The notes beneath the pieces were generated by a model, which had not been told where the DNA came from, did no database searches, and saw only the letters and a program-made list of their open reading frames with translations. Made by a program: the position numbers and the translations under genes. Below are positions 1 through 13,000 of a stretch of DNA of 64,000 bases, piece by piece (within the stretch, counting starts at the first letter, position 1; every line of letters begins with the position of its first letter). Source of the DNA: Hypanus sabinus (lineage: Eukaryota); assembly GCF_030144855.1 (NCBI RefSeq), contig NC_082713.1, positions 160,208,001 to 160,272,000 of the forward strand, in the 5' to 3' direction.

Positions 1-139
1 ATACCACTTTCTGCATTTGAAAACATGCTTTGTAAATCTACTTCAAGCTTTCTTGCTGTCGTCCTAAGGCTCAACTCTCGAATATTTGACCAGGCCATCC
101 TGGGAAAAAGAGTTTGACTATCTACATTTCCCATTATTT

Positions 140-345
140 CACAGGGAATTGAGGTGCAAGGGAGCACCTCAATTATTTTAGTAGTTTACCTCCCCAGAGG
201 GCCACTAGTGGCAGCAGTGTGTAGGAATGGAATAGAACAGTGCTGAAACCATTGACTATGGATGCAAGAATGAAAAAGCATGTCACCACTTATTCTTTTA
301 AGTAAATTTTTATTATGAATAAAGTTTATTTGGATTTAAAAAAAA
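140..345 (+). mobile_element. Short poly(A)-tailed retro-insert (L1/Tx1-like 3' end) nested in a reverse CR1 remnant
   Basis: Ends gaataaagtttatttggatttaaaaaaaa; flanks on both sides read as reverse CR1 3' sequence. Confidence 0.45.
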
Positions 346-754
346 CACTTGTGTCAGGTTCCCCCCCCCCCCCCCCCCAGCCCCCTCAGCCACCACAGCC
401 TAAGGATTCACCATTACAAATGGGAGATTGGTCTTTACTGCCACCTAGAGCTTTAAATGAAAACACAACCATTCCGTTTCAGTCTGAATGTTGCCCCCTA
501 CTGCATAGAATTATCAATAGTTTCTTTTCCTTGGGAGCAGTTTTCTCATGCTGCAGAAACTCTTTGCTCAAAAGTAACTCCATCTTCGACTTCTTATGCT
601 CTAATTATCACTGAATCTCCTTTTCAGCATAAAGTTCGTGAGTGTGTTGCCACCGCTAACCTTGCGCTGATCTGGCCAAACGTTTTTTAAATATTTCACA
701 ACTGATGTGTATTTCACACAATTTCAAAACCATCTCAGTACAAGGATTCAATTG

Positions 755-1020
755 ACGGCACGGTAGCGCAGTGGTTAGCACAATGCTTTACAGTTCCAGT
801 AACCCAGGTACAATTCCCACTGCCGCCTGTAAGAAGTGTGTAAGTTCTCCCTGTCACTGTGTGGAATTCCTCCCACAGTCCAAAGATGTACCGGTTGGTA
901 GGTTAATTGGTCATTGTAAATTGTCCCGTGATTAGGATAGGATTAAATCAGGGGTTATGGACAGCATGGCTCAAAGGGCCGGAAGGGTCCATTCCACACT
1001 TTATGGCAATAAATAAACAA
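755..1020 (+). mobile_element. tRNA-derived SINE (HE1/V-SINE-like)
   Basis: A-box-like ggtagcgcagtggttagca, central ctgtaag...gttctccc domain, tail aataaataaa. Confidence 0.8.
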
Positions 1021-1611
1021 ACATTCTTAAGCAATGTGACAACTGTGTGGGCTACAGTCCATCTTCCCATCCTTATTCACTTTATGCATACACATCCTAC
1101 AATTGCCATTTGCATGAATTTGAATCTGTTTAATTCAGGTCATATATTTTGGTTAAAACCACACCAAGAGCTCAAATTTAAATATCTGACCTTTAATCCC
1201 TTGAAACATCACTTCAGGAATGGTCTGGGTTACACCAACTGTTGTTTCTCATTTGTGGGCAACTCCCATACTGATTATATGTTGTTCTACATCTTCATTG
1301 CCATTGTCATACTTTAAGAGTTTCAGTACTTTAAGGTTGCTTTAAATTCAAGTAGTTGTTCATAAAATAGCTTCTGAGAGTTAAAGGCAAAGCCTAGCAA
1401 ACATTGACTATAAGAAGTTAAAAATTAATTTTTAACCTATAGTTAGAATGACCTAAATCAAAGCTATAAATAGCTATGATGCCATTACATCAGCATAGAC
1501 AAGCTCAGGATTCTGATTTGGTTTGTAACAGAGAGTATAAATTGGACTCAATTTGGACAATTAGCATGTAATATGCTTTAATTATCATGAAATGGATAGG
1601 AAGCCTGAACC

Positions 1612-1745
1612 CAAGAGACTCTGCAGATGCTGGTGGAAATCCAGGGTAACACATACAAAATGCTGGAGGAACTCAGCAGGTCAGGCAGCATCTACGGAAA
1701 GGTCGATTCTTTATTCCTTTCCATAGACGTGGCCTGACCTTGGTA
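1612..1745. repeat. Penelope-derived terminal repeat fragment (mini inverted pair)
   Basis: ctgcagatgctgg...aaatgctggaggaactcagcaggtcaggcagcatct, a motif repeated throughout the window. Confidence 0.7.
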
Positions 1746-1896
1746 GCCCAAATACAATTTCCAATTTTCAATAAAAACAGTATCTTAAACCAAGAGATAC
1801 CAAGTATTGTATGTGTTCACTTTCCCAGACAATAGGTATAAACATTATTTGTATAAAACATTGCAGTTTCTTTGATTGATCAATCCTATATCAGAT

Positions 1897-2200
1897 GGTA
1901 ACATGGTAGTGTAGCAGCTAATCTAATGCTTTACAGTGCTAGCGATCAGGCTAAATTCCCTTTGCTGTCAGTAAGGAGTTTGTACATTTCCCCAGTGGCC
2001 ACATAGTTTTCTTCCCTGTGCTCCAGTTTCCTTCCACATTCCAAAGACATACAGGTTAGTAAGTTGTGGGCGTGCTATCTGGCACCGGAAGAATGGTGAT
2101 AACACTTGTGGGCTGCCCCCCCCCACACCGCAACACATCCTTGGACTGTGTTGGTTATTGAGGCAAGTGACACATTTCACAGTATGCTTCCATGTTTACT
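1897..2200 (+). mobile_element. tRNA-derived SINE
   Basis: Same head and central domain as 755-1020. Confidence 0.7.
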
Positions 2201-2204
2201 GTTT

Positions 2205-2485
2205 ATTAATTATTTAGCAATACAGTGTGGAACAGGCCCTTCTAGTTCTTCGAGCCATGCTGCCCCTGTCATGCCTGGCAACCCTAAACTAATCACAGGA
2301 CCAATTAACCTGCCCAGTATATCTTTGGACTTTGGGAGGAAACCAGAGCACCAGGGGGAAACCCAAGCATTCCATGGGAAGGATATACTGAGGCTCCTTA
2401 CAGACAACACTGGAATTGAACTTTGAACTCAGACACCCCAAGCTGTAATAACATTGTACTTACTGCTACGGTACTGTGGCACTAA
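2205..2485 (-). mobile_element. tRNA-derived SINE (reverse)
   Basis: Reverse complement of the SINE central domain (ggaggaaaccagagca...ctccttacag). Confidence 0.7.
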
Positions 2486-2764
2486 TGTTAATCATTAACC
2501 TTTAGAATATTTACATATGCCAGTATCTGTATCTTGAGATGAATAGAAATTAATGGAAATGCAGCTTTGACTTGTATATTATGCACCAATTTCTTATGAT
2601 GCCACAGAGCAAGCTAATGAATGCATACACCATGACTTTATCCCTTTCAAATGCTAATTGACCTGAGACATATTATACAAAGTTTAACATTCAGACTTGG
2701 AGCATTTTCTTTACTTTCCAATTCAGTAAAAAATTATTTCAAAAAGTAACAGAAGCAAGAGTTG

Positions 2765-3449
2765 GCGTACTCAATGTTAGCAAGACCGAGGAGCTGATTA
2801 TTGACTTCAGGAGGAGGAAACCAGAGATCTATGAGCCAGTCCTCATCGGAGGATCAGAGGAGAGGAATTTTAAATTCCTCTGTGTTATTATTTCAGAGGA
2901 CTCGTCCTGGGCTCAGCATGTACGACAGCGCCTCTACTTCCTTAAGAGTTTGTGGAGATTTGGGATTTCATCTAAAATTTAGCAAACAACTTAGATGTGT
3001 GGTGGAGAGTATATTGACTGTGTGCATCACAGCCTGGTATGGAAGCACCAATGGGAAATCTTAGAGAAAGTAGTGCATGTGGCCCAGTCCATCACAGGTA
3101 AAGCCCAACCCACCAATGAGCACATCTACATGAAACACTGTCACTGGAAAAGCAGCATTCGTCATCAGGGACCTCCACCACCCGGGACATGTTCTCTTCT
3201 CACAGCTGCCATCAGGAAGAAGATACCAGAGCCTCAGGACTCATACCACTAAGTTCAGAAACAGTTACTACCCCCCCCCCCCCACCAACCATCAGGCTCT
3301 TGAACCAAAGAGGATAATTTCACTCAGTTTTACTTGCCCCATCATTGAAACATTCCCACAACCAATGGACTCACATTCAAGGATTTTTCACTCCTGTTCT
3401 TGCTATTCATTGTATATTTATTTATTCATCCATCCATTTATCTATCTAT

Positions 3450-3480
<31 letters not shown>

Positions 3481-3655
3481 TTATTTCTTTATTTTTGTAT
3501 TTGCTTTCTCTGGTTGCACACCCAAGTTAGGTGGTCTTTTATTGATTCTGTTATGGTTATTATTCTATAGATTTATTGGGCATGCCTGCAAGAAAAACAG
3601 GGTTATATATGGTGACATATGTACTTTGATAATAAATTTACTTTGAACTTTGAAC
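2765..3655 (+). mobile_element. Rex1/Babar-type LINE 3' fragment, decayed
   Basis: KTEELIIDFRR and ESILT.CITAWYG peptide remnants; tail aataaatttactttgaactttgaac; internal (ttta)n. Confidence 0.75.
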
Positions 3656-4469
3656 CCTGCTCTAACAGGCTTGCACAAAGAATGCCTTTGTAAAACTTTA
3701 ACATATAGTACACTTTGAAATATATTATACATTCGAAAATATAGCAACACAGAGAGAATATTGATTGACAAGTAAAGGTCATTCATCTCTGAAATAATAT
3801 CCCTCAGAGGCCTTTCGATGTTGACTGTAATATAAAACTATTATTATTTGCCAATGACTCAAAGGATTTTTGAACAACAAAAATCAACTGTAAAAATAAC
3901 CAAAATGACACTTTTTTTTAGAACAAAAGACTACAACGGAAACAATTAAATGCTAAGTAGTACAAGATCTTACATTTTGGGAATAAAAGCACAAGATATA
4001 GAACTTTTACATTTATAACAACCTTGAAGGATCTGTACGTAGAGCAAGACCGAATGGACAGGTACGCACAAGAGGATGGCAGAAAGAAAAAGGCAGAGAT
4101 GGATTCCAAAAGACTTTGGGGTTTTATAAATGATGATGCAGAATAAACCAACAAAGAGGTAATTAAAAACCTACAGTGAAAGTGACTGTATCACAGTTAG
4201 TGCAATTATGAAAAGTGCATTAATTCATGGCGAAATCAAAACATCACTATTATCGGGATGAAGCCAGAGAGAGGAAAGTTTAATGACAAACCAGAAATGA
4301 TATCTGGAGAAAGATTTATGAGTAACAGTGGTCAGATCACAGTTTTTAAAATGGCAGGGTGCGAAAACATGTCCTGTTTTCAGGAATCTCATAGAAGTTC
4401 ATCACCGATAGAAACAAATGATTATTCAGGGTCATGAAGGATTATCAAGGCAGCCTTAAAAAGTAAAAA

Positions 4470-5350
4470 GATCAAAGTAAATTTATTATCAAAATATATA
4501 AATGTCACCATATACAACCCTGAGACTAATTTTTTTTTGGGCATACTCAATTAACCCTTTATATCCACAATAGAATCAATGAAAGACCACACCAATTTGG
4601 ACATGTACCCAGTGTGCAAAAGACAAGAAAATGTGCAAATATAATCAATCTGGAGAACATGAGATAGAAGAGTCCTTGAAAGTGAATCTATTAGTTGTGG
4701 GAACATTTCAGTGATGGCGCAGGTGAAGTTGAGTGAAGTTATCCCCTTTTGTTCAAGAGCCTGATGGTCGAGGGTTAGTAACTATTCCTGAACCTGGTGT
4801 GTGGTGTGAAACTGTACCTTCTTCCTGATGGCAGCAGCGAGAAGAGAGCATGCCTGGATGGTGGGTGCCCCTGATGATGGATGCTGCTTTCTTGCGACAG
4901 CACTTCATGTTGTGCCCAATAGTGGGGAGGGCTTCACCCGTGATGGACTGGGCTGTATCCACTACTTCTGTAGGATTTTCCATTGGCCTTGGCATTTCCA
5001 AGGGCATCGATGTTTCCATACCAGGCTGTTTATACTGTCCACCACACATTTATATAAGTCTTAAAGTTTTAGGTGTCATGCCCAAATCTTCACTAACTCC
5101 TAAAGAGGAAGGGGTGCTGTCATGTTTGCCTATGGACTTGCACTTACGTGCTGGACCTGGGACAGGTACTACAAAACGATAACGCCAAGGAATTTGAAGT
5201 TGCTGACTCTCTCCACCTCTGATACTCCGAGAAGGAATGGATCTCCGGTTTCCTCCTCCTGAAGTCAACAAACAGCTCCTTGATCTTTGAGTGAGTTTGT
5301 TGTTGAGGCACCATTCAGCCAGGTTTTCAATCTCCCTCCTATGAGCTGAT
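4470..5350 (-). mobile_element. Rex1/Babar-type LINE 3' fragment
   Basis: Reverse copy of the 2765-3655 family (VVDTAQSITG, KKAASII). Confidence 0.75.
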
Positions 5351-5519
5351 TCAGCCTACGACAGCAAGCTTGATTGTTTCAGAAAAGTACAACAGTTCAA
5401 GGGTCCTTCAGCACTATAAACACTTACAGTTTAATGTACTTGGCATTTCAAGGCTTTGCAACACAGTTTGCAGACATGTTATAAAATTCATCCCTGATAG
5501 GATGCATCTCACCCTAACC

Positions 5520-5826
5520 ATGGACTTGTTACTCTCCTCCCATCCGGTAGGCGCTACAGGAGCCTCCGCTCCCGCACCAGCAGGCTCAGGAAGAGCTTCT
5601 TCCCTGAGACTGTGACCCTGCTGAACCTCACATCACAGCGCTAAGCAGTATTGCACCCGTATTGTACTGTCTCAGAACTTTAATATCTGTGTGCTGTAGC
5701 ACTTTTTATTCGCAGTTATTTTGAAAATAACACTGTTCTTTTCAGGTTAGTCGCTAATTGCATTTCTTTTTGCTTGTTATCTGCACTCGGCGCAATGACA
5801 GTAAAGTTGAATCTAATCTAATCTAA
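5520..5826 (+). mobile_element. Rex1/Babar LINE extreme 3' end with (aatct)n tail
   Basis: LLPSGRRYRSLRSRTSRLRKSFFP-type C-terminus; tail gaatctaatctaatcta. Confidence 0.65.
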
Positions 5827-6689
5827 TATTATTTTTCTTTGAAGCGCAGGAACTCCTTCCTACGTTTTCCCTGATTACTTCTGAAAAATCCAATCTTCCA
5901 TTATGTAAAGGCAAAAAAAAAACCCACTAAGAGAACGAAAGGGCAGATGCGATAGAGACTAATAGACTAGGAAATTCTTTATTCGACATCTCCAAGCTCC
6001 AGTACCTGAACATTATTGGTTACCCACAGGAGGTACCAACCTCTACAAAGTCAACTGCAAACTCGGGACCAATGGACCCAGGTGGTTCCTTATACATTTC
6101 TGATACATTCAAAGATCAAAGTAAATTTTATTACCAAATAACATACATTGTCACCCTGAGAATCATTTTCCTGCGGGCATACTCAACAAACCTGTAGATC
6201 AGTAACTATAACAGAATCAATATAAGATGAACCAGAGTGCAGAAGACAACAAACTGAGTAAATGCAAATATGAATAAATAACGAGATTGGTGGTATATCT
6301 GAGAGATTAATGATGACGACTTCCCTCCCCTGTGCATACTTCTCAGAGGATTATTATTCATAATCCCCTTAATAAGTGAACTAGGCTATTTTTCTCAGCA
6401 ACAATCCAAAATAAATAATTACTTTGTATACTTACAAAAGATGACCCTGAGATAAACGGTTGCTGCATACGCTTATTGGAAATCCTTCCTCATTTTGGAA
6501 TAGCGCTTTAACATTACTTCACATCCCTCTGTAACAAATGGGTTGAAACAGTTGTTGCACTTTCTCACTAGTTAGCACCCCACCGACAGACTGTAAGCAA
6601 AATTACCAACTAAATGTATCAGTGTTCAACTATTGCAACCTCTGGCGTGTGGTTGCAAGTAAAACCCTTGCGAAAAATAAGCATTCCCC

Positions 6690-7080
6690 ACTGGGCTCTC
6701 ACATTGTTGCCCTTTGAAAGGTCTCGCCCGGTGCTGCGATCAGCTGATGGTCCTTTCCTGTTTTGGAGGCGCATGTGACTGGTGAATCATTGAAGACAGC
6801 AGAGTGCGCAGCTCTGAATTTAAAGTGAGGAAATCTACGTAGAGTGGCTGTGTTCTGCGCGATGGCTGCTCTGTCCACAGTGTACTCGGCTGCCACTCTG
6901 CTCTTTTTCTACGTTGCACTTGCACTGGTCAGTTCGAAGAAACCCAACATAGTTTTGATCCTGACGGACGATCAGGATGTTCTCCTGGGCGGAATGGTGA
7001 GTGGAGGGCAGAGGCGGCGGGGGTTGGCGACCGAGCGGAGCCTCGGCTGACGGGAGGGCGCGACTGGGGGTTGCTTTAAA
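6690..7080 (+). promoter_or_regulatory. GNS promoter / small CpG island with M-box/CLEAR-like CATGTGAC (6772-6779)
   Basis: Local CpG enrichment around exon 1; E-box variant about 90 bp upstream of the ATG. Confidence 0.6.
6862..6996 (+). CDS. GNS: GNS exon 1 (signal peptide + [19 protein letters not shown])
   Basis: ATG at 6862, donor ATG|gtgagt at 6997, CpG-rich context. Confidence 0.93.
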
Positions 7081-10000
7081 GTAGCAGAGGGTTTTTTTTA
7101 ATGAACAAAACGGACGTCCGTAGTATCGCCAGGCCTGGTCATGTTATTCACAACGATTAGGCCTGCTATGTTAGGCCTGGGTTAAAAATGCCATTAAAGG
7201 TTTTTTTTAAAAATCATAGATGCCGGAAATCTGGGGGTAAACAATGGAAACTCTGCAGTTTCCGATGAAGGGTCTTTAACCTGAAACATCAGCTCTGTGT
7301 CTCGTCCCTCTGATGCTGCCCGGCGTGCAGAGTTTTCAGCATTTTCTGTTTTCATTAAATACGTAGTTAAACCAGCCAACCATATATTTCAGTCCTTTGC
7401 TTGTGACTTAAGTGGCCAATTTAAGGCTCTATCCGCGTTAATGTAGAATGTGTGATGTAGGAAGTAAACTCAGGTATATTTTATTGCGAATATTTCCCCT
7501 TCTAGACACCGCTGAAGAAAACCAGAAAACTTATCGGAGACCTTGGAATAACCTTTACTAATGTGGTGAGTTACTTTTCTTTGTAGGGTTAAAGGGTAAT
7601 TTAGGAACCGGTCTCGGAGTCTCGTCTGTTTTCAATGCTTGTCTGAATGTGTATCGTTGTATTTGTTTTGCAGTTCTGTCTAATTGCAAAATTAGTGCTT
7701 AAAATTTGCTAACCTCATTATTTTATAAAATGTTTTATTGAAATATTTGAAATAAATGAAACAATTACTTTAAAGGTTCGAAGTAAAATTTATTATCAGA
7801 GTACATGTATGTCACCGCATACAATTACTTTTTTTTGCGGGCAAATCTGTAGAACAGTTGCTGTGAACAGGATCTGTGAACTGTAAATATCAGGAACTGT
7901 AACCAAACTGTGAAAATGCACATATAAATAACAGGCATGAAATAACAAGATAAAGAATCTTTAAATAAGTGTGGTTATCTGCTTTGGTTCAAGAGCCTGA
8001 TGGTTGAGAGGTAGTAACTGTTCCTAAATCTGGTGGTGTGACTCCAGAGGCACCTGTACCTTCATTCTGATGGCTGCTGCTGCAAGAATAGATCATGGCC
8101 TGGGTAGTGTCCATCTTTGGATGGTGTTTTTCTACAGCAGTGTTTCATGTAGATATGTGCAATGGTTGGGAGGGTTTTTACTTTTTAATGAAGTCTTGAA
8201 AATGGTGAAACGTGCACAATGTCAGTCTACTTCCTTGTTTTAATATGCATTTTGCTTGTGTTTGTGTAGTATGTGGCCAGCCCACTGTGCTGCCCCAGCA
8301 GATCCAGTATCCTGACTGGGAAGTATCCCCACAATCATCGTGTGTTTAACAACACCCTTGAAGGGAACTGCAGTAGTAAAGCATGGCAGAAAACACAAGA
8401 GCCACATACCTTCCCAGCTATCCTCCATGATCATTGTGGATATCGAACATTTTTTGCGGGAAAATACTTGAATGAGGTAAAGCTCTATTTTCGTATGGTT
8501 TCAATTCTATTAATTCCACAAAACAATGTTGCCTTTGCATGTTGTTCTGTTCTTGTGTTCAATGTTATCATGTTATATTTGAGACTCGATGGATTACTTT
8601 GAATGCCATTTGCAAGTTTCAAAACATGCTTTTCAAAACAAAACTAGCAGGTTTTATTCCTTCTATAGTTCTGCTTGAGACAACTATAAGATAGGAAGTT
8701 CTAAAGCAGGTGTCCTCAACCTGGGGTCCACAGAGCCCTTGCTTTAATGGTATTGGTCCATGACATTTTTAAAAGAAAAAGTTTGGGAACCCCTGTTTTA
8801 AATGGTCCTAACCGCAGCTTCTCATCGATATTTGCCAACGAGAAGAATGTGAAGGAGAGGGAGATTAGTGTAGAACATGCTAATTGTGCAGCTAATTGTT
8901 GCAAATATGGGCAGGGAAATGGCAGGAGGTTAACCTGGCCAAATGTGAAGTATTGCACTCAGGAAGATCGATTGTAAGGGACAGTACAGTGTTGATAAAC
9001 AGAAGGGTCTTGGGATCCAAGTACATGTGTCACTCTCTGAAAGTGGCTCTATGGGTTGATAAGGTGATAGAGAAGAATATAGAATGTTAGCACTTATTCT
9101 TTCTTTCCCAATCTTTTTATTAAATTTCAAATTAATAAACAAAATATTGATAATGGTACATAGAGATCGGGATTACATTAATAATGATTAACATATAAAA
9201 ACACATTTCAGTAACCAATGGAGTTGAACCTCCCAATCTCTTAGTAATTAACCATGAAAAAGATATTTTTAAAGAGGGGGATAAAACCCTAAACTAAGAA
9301 AAACTAAACTTAAAAAAAAAACAAAGATAGGGCTGCCATATTTCGTTAGTAAAATTATAATTTGTCGTTGACTCTGCTCCTCTATACATGAAAATTTACT
9401 AAGGAAAAGGATTCAGAAAGGTTCAGCTTACATCATATGAAAATATTGAAGAAATGGCCTTGCAAGTTTCTTCAAATTTAACCAAAGGGTCGATAGTACC
9501 ACTCCTAATTTTTTTCCAAATTTAGACATGCTATATGTTTGCACTTGTTAGTTAAGGAATTAAGTTCAACAGTAGGGAAGTTATGTTGCAGTGTAATCAA
9601 ACTCCAGTTAGGCTGCATCAAAAGTACTCCATTTAGTTCTGGCCACTTGTTAGAGGAAGGAGGTTGAAGCTTTGGAGAAGCTGTGGAGAGATTTACCTGG
9701 ATACTGCTGAATTAAAGGGAATGTGTTGTAAGAAGCAGTTGGATGAACATGGGTTTTTTTCTGGGGGGCAGCATAAGAGATAAGGTCTGATGTATGTTTA
9801 TAAAACTGATAAATGGAGGCATAAGTAGACAGCTGATTAATTTCAATCCAGCATTGAAATGTCTAATGCCAAAGAGTTCACATTTAAGATGAGAAGGGGC
9901 AAGTTCAAAAGAGGTGTGCAGGGCAGGTTTCTTTCATTGGTTACAAAGAGTGGTGGGTGTCTGGAATGTGCTGCTTTGGGTGGTGCAAAGATGATAGAGT

Positions 10001-13000
10001 CCCTAGGAAGGCACATGAAGTTTTGATATGGACATTGTATAGACAGAAAGAATTAGTTTGATTGGGCATTTGATTAACTAGTTCAGTGTACTTTGTGGGC
10101 CAAAGTTATAAATACTTGGGTGCACCAAAATTTAGATCAGATTTGTAAAAGTTATTACATTTTAAAAGTGAAAGATAAGGTTTTTTAATATGAATGCTTG
10201 TTGGTAGTTGTGATTTTCCAACACTTTGTGTGCTGTGGCTTTTCAGTGTTGTATTTACCAGGATGTTCACAAATAATCTGTTAGAAACATTAGGGAATAA
10301 TTTCATTTCAGATACACTAATTCTATCTTTAGGACAGTTAATCAGAGGACGATTTGTTTCTTTTGCTGTCCTTGCCACGTCTCCATTTGTTTTGATGAGA
10401 TTTGATGAAGGTCCAAAAATCGAGCGATTGCATTAAAAAGTTAACATTAACATTTATAAAGTAGTTGTGTTGAAAGAGTCAAACGTCTGTTGTTACATTG
10501 AACAACTAGCTGCAGATTGCAGTAGATTCTGACTAACTGGGTCATATTGGAACCAGTACATTTTGGCCCAATTAAGCAGCTGCCCGAATTAGCCAAAGTT
10601 TCATGGAAATGGTAAAAAAGGACAAACTGAGTAACAACTTATTGTTTAAATTAAATACAGAACAAATTAGAGCACCAATTCTACTACAGTACTATTAAAA
10701 TGCGTATTAGTTAATAGTTATTAATGGAGGAATTCATTCAATGTATGCTGTTGTTTTCTTTTGAATGTAAATGAAAAAAGTCAGTGTGGACACCTAGTGC
10801 CGATAATGGACTGCTTTCAGAAAATGCTTTCTCCAAATTTTCATTGTAACATTCCAGATGATTGTCAATACCTTCAAGTTCTTCGTAGTGAAATAATTTC
10901 ATTTTCACTTCTGGCATTTCCAAGCCTGAATGCTTGGATCTGCAGTGAGCAAAACCATTCTAAGTGGTTTTACTGCATTTTTTTCTCACCAACTGTCAGT
11001 GATAAAAATCACTGCTTTTTGAACACCAACATATGCAACTGATGCTAATTTAAAAACTGATTAATCTAAGCACAGTGTACTGTCTGGTGGGCACACAATT
11101 GCATGTACTGACACTAGCTAGAAACTGTTCAGCAACAGTCTTCTGTCCCAAGTATACATCAAAGTGTACTAAATGTGTACTGAGTGTACTAGAGGTGTTG
11201 GAGTTGTTAAAATACATTAGGACGGTTAAGTCCCCGGAGCCTGATGGAATATTCCCCAGGCTGCTCCACGAGGCGAGGGAAGAGATTGTTGAGCCTCTAG
11301 TTAGGATCTTTATGTCCTTGTTGTCCACAGGAATGGTACTGGAGGATTGGAGGGAGGTGAATGCTGTCCCCTTGTTCAAAAAAGGTATTAGGGATAGACT
11401 GGGTAATTATAGACCAGTGAGCCTTGTGTCTGTGGTGGGAAAGCTGTTGGAAAAGATTCTTCGAGATAGGATCTATGGGCATATGGAGAGTCATGGTTTG
11501 ATCAGGGACAGTCAGCATGGCTTTGTGAAGGGCAGATCATGTCTAACAAGCCTGATAGTTTTTTGAGGAGGTGACCAGGCATATAGATGAGGGTTCTGCA
11601 GTGGATGTGATCTATGTGGATTTTAGTAAGGCATTTGACAAGGTTCCACACAATAGGCTTATTCAGAAAGTCAGAAGGCATGGGATCCAGGTAAGTTTGG
11701 CCAGGTGGATTCAGAATTGGCTTGCCTGCAGAAAGCAGAGGGTCATGGTGGAGGGAGTACATTCAGATTGGAAGGTTGTGACTAGTGGTGTCCCACAAGG
11801 ATCGGTTCTGGGACCCCTACTTTTCGTGATTTTTATTAACAACCTGGATGTGGGGGTAGTAGGGTGGGTTGGCAAGTTTGCAGACGACACAAAGGTTGGT
11901 GGTGTTGTGGATAGTGTAGAGGATTGTCGAAGGTTGCAGAGAAATATTGATAGGATGCAGAAGCGGGCTGAGAAGTGGCAGATGGAGTTCAACCTGGAGA
12001 AGTGTGAGGTGGTACACTTTGGAAGGACAAACTCCAAGGCAGAGTACAAAGTAAATGGCAGGATACTTGGTAATGTGGAGGAGCAGAGGGATCTGGGGGT
12101 ACAAGTCCACAGATCCCTGAAAGTTGCCTCACATGTAGATAGGGTAGTTAAGAAAGCTTATGGGGGTATTAGCTCTCATAAGTCGAGGGATAGAGATTAA
12201 GAGACGCGATGTAATGATGCAGCTCTATAAAACTCTAGTTAGGCCACACTTGGAGTACTGTGTCCAGTTCAGGTCACCTCATTATAGGAAGGATGTAGAA
12301 GTATTGGAAAGGGTACAGAGGAGATTTACCAGGATGCTGCCTGGTTTAGAGAGTATGCATTATGATCAGAGATTAAGGGAGCTAGGGCTTTACTCTTTGG
12401 AGAGAAGGAGGATGAGAGGAGACATGATAGAGGTGAGAAGATATTAAGAGGAATAGACAGAGTGGATAGCCAGCACCTCTTCCCCAGGACACCACTGCTC
12501 AGTACAAGAGAACATGGCTTTAAGGTAAGGGTGGGAATTTCAAGGGAGATATTAGAGAAAGGTTTTTTACTCAGAGAGTGGTTGGTGCATGGGATGCATT
12601 GCCTGAGTCGGTGGAGGCAGCTACACTAGTGAAATTTAAGAGACTACTAGACAGGTATATGGAGGAATTTAAGGTGGGGGGGGGAGATATATGGGAGGCA
12701 GGGTTTAAGGATTGGCACAACATTGTGGGCCAAAGGGCCTGTACTATGCTGTACTATTCTACGTTATAAATGAGGGGCATCCTGGCTCTTTTCTCAATTG
12801 GGTTTGTTCTTTAAGAGTTGTCCCAGATAATCCCTGCTCTGACCAATTAACTGGAATCCACCGTATTCTCAAATTGCAGCCCTCCATCTGCATTTCCACT
12901 GTGACGCTTTTTTTTCCTCTCTGCCACTGCATGTTTCAGTTCTTTTGTAGAGGAGATGGATCGAAATAACATCCAGTATAATGCCAGACAGCCCCAGATC

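Noticed and set aside
315-614. Proline-rich 99-aa ORF
   Set aside because: The prolines come from a poly-C run inside a repeat remnant.
755-830. tRNA-like sequences with A/B-box remnants here and in other SINE heads
   Set aside because: They are SINE heads and do not fold into a cloverleaf, so they are not tRNA genes.
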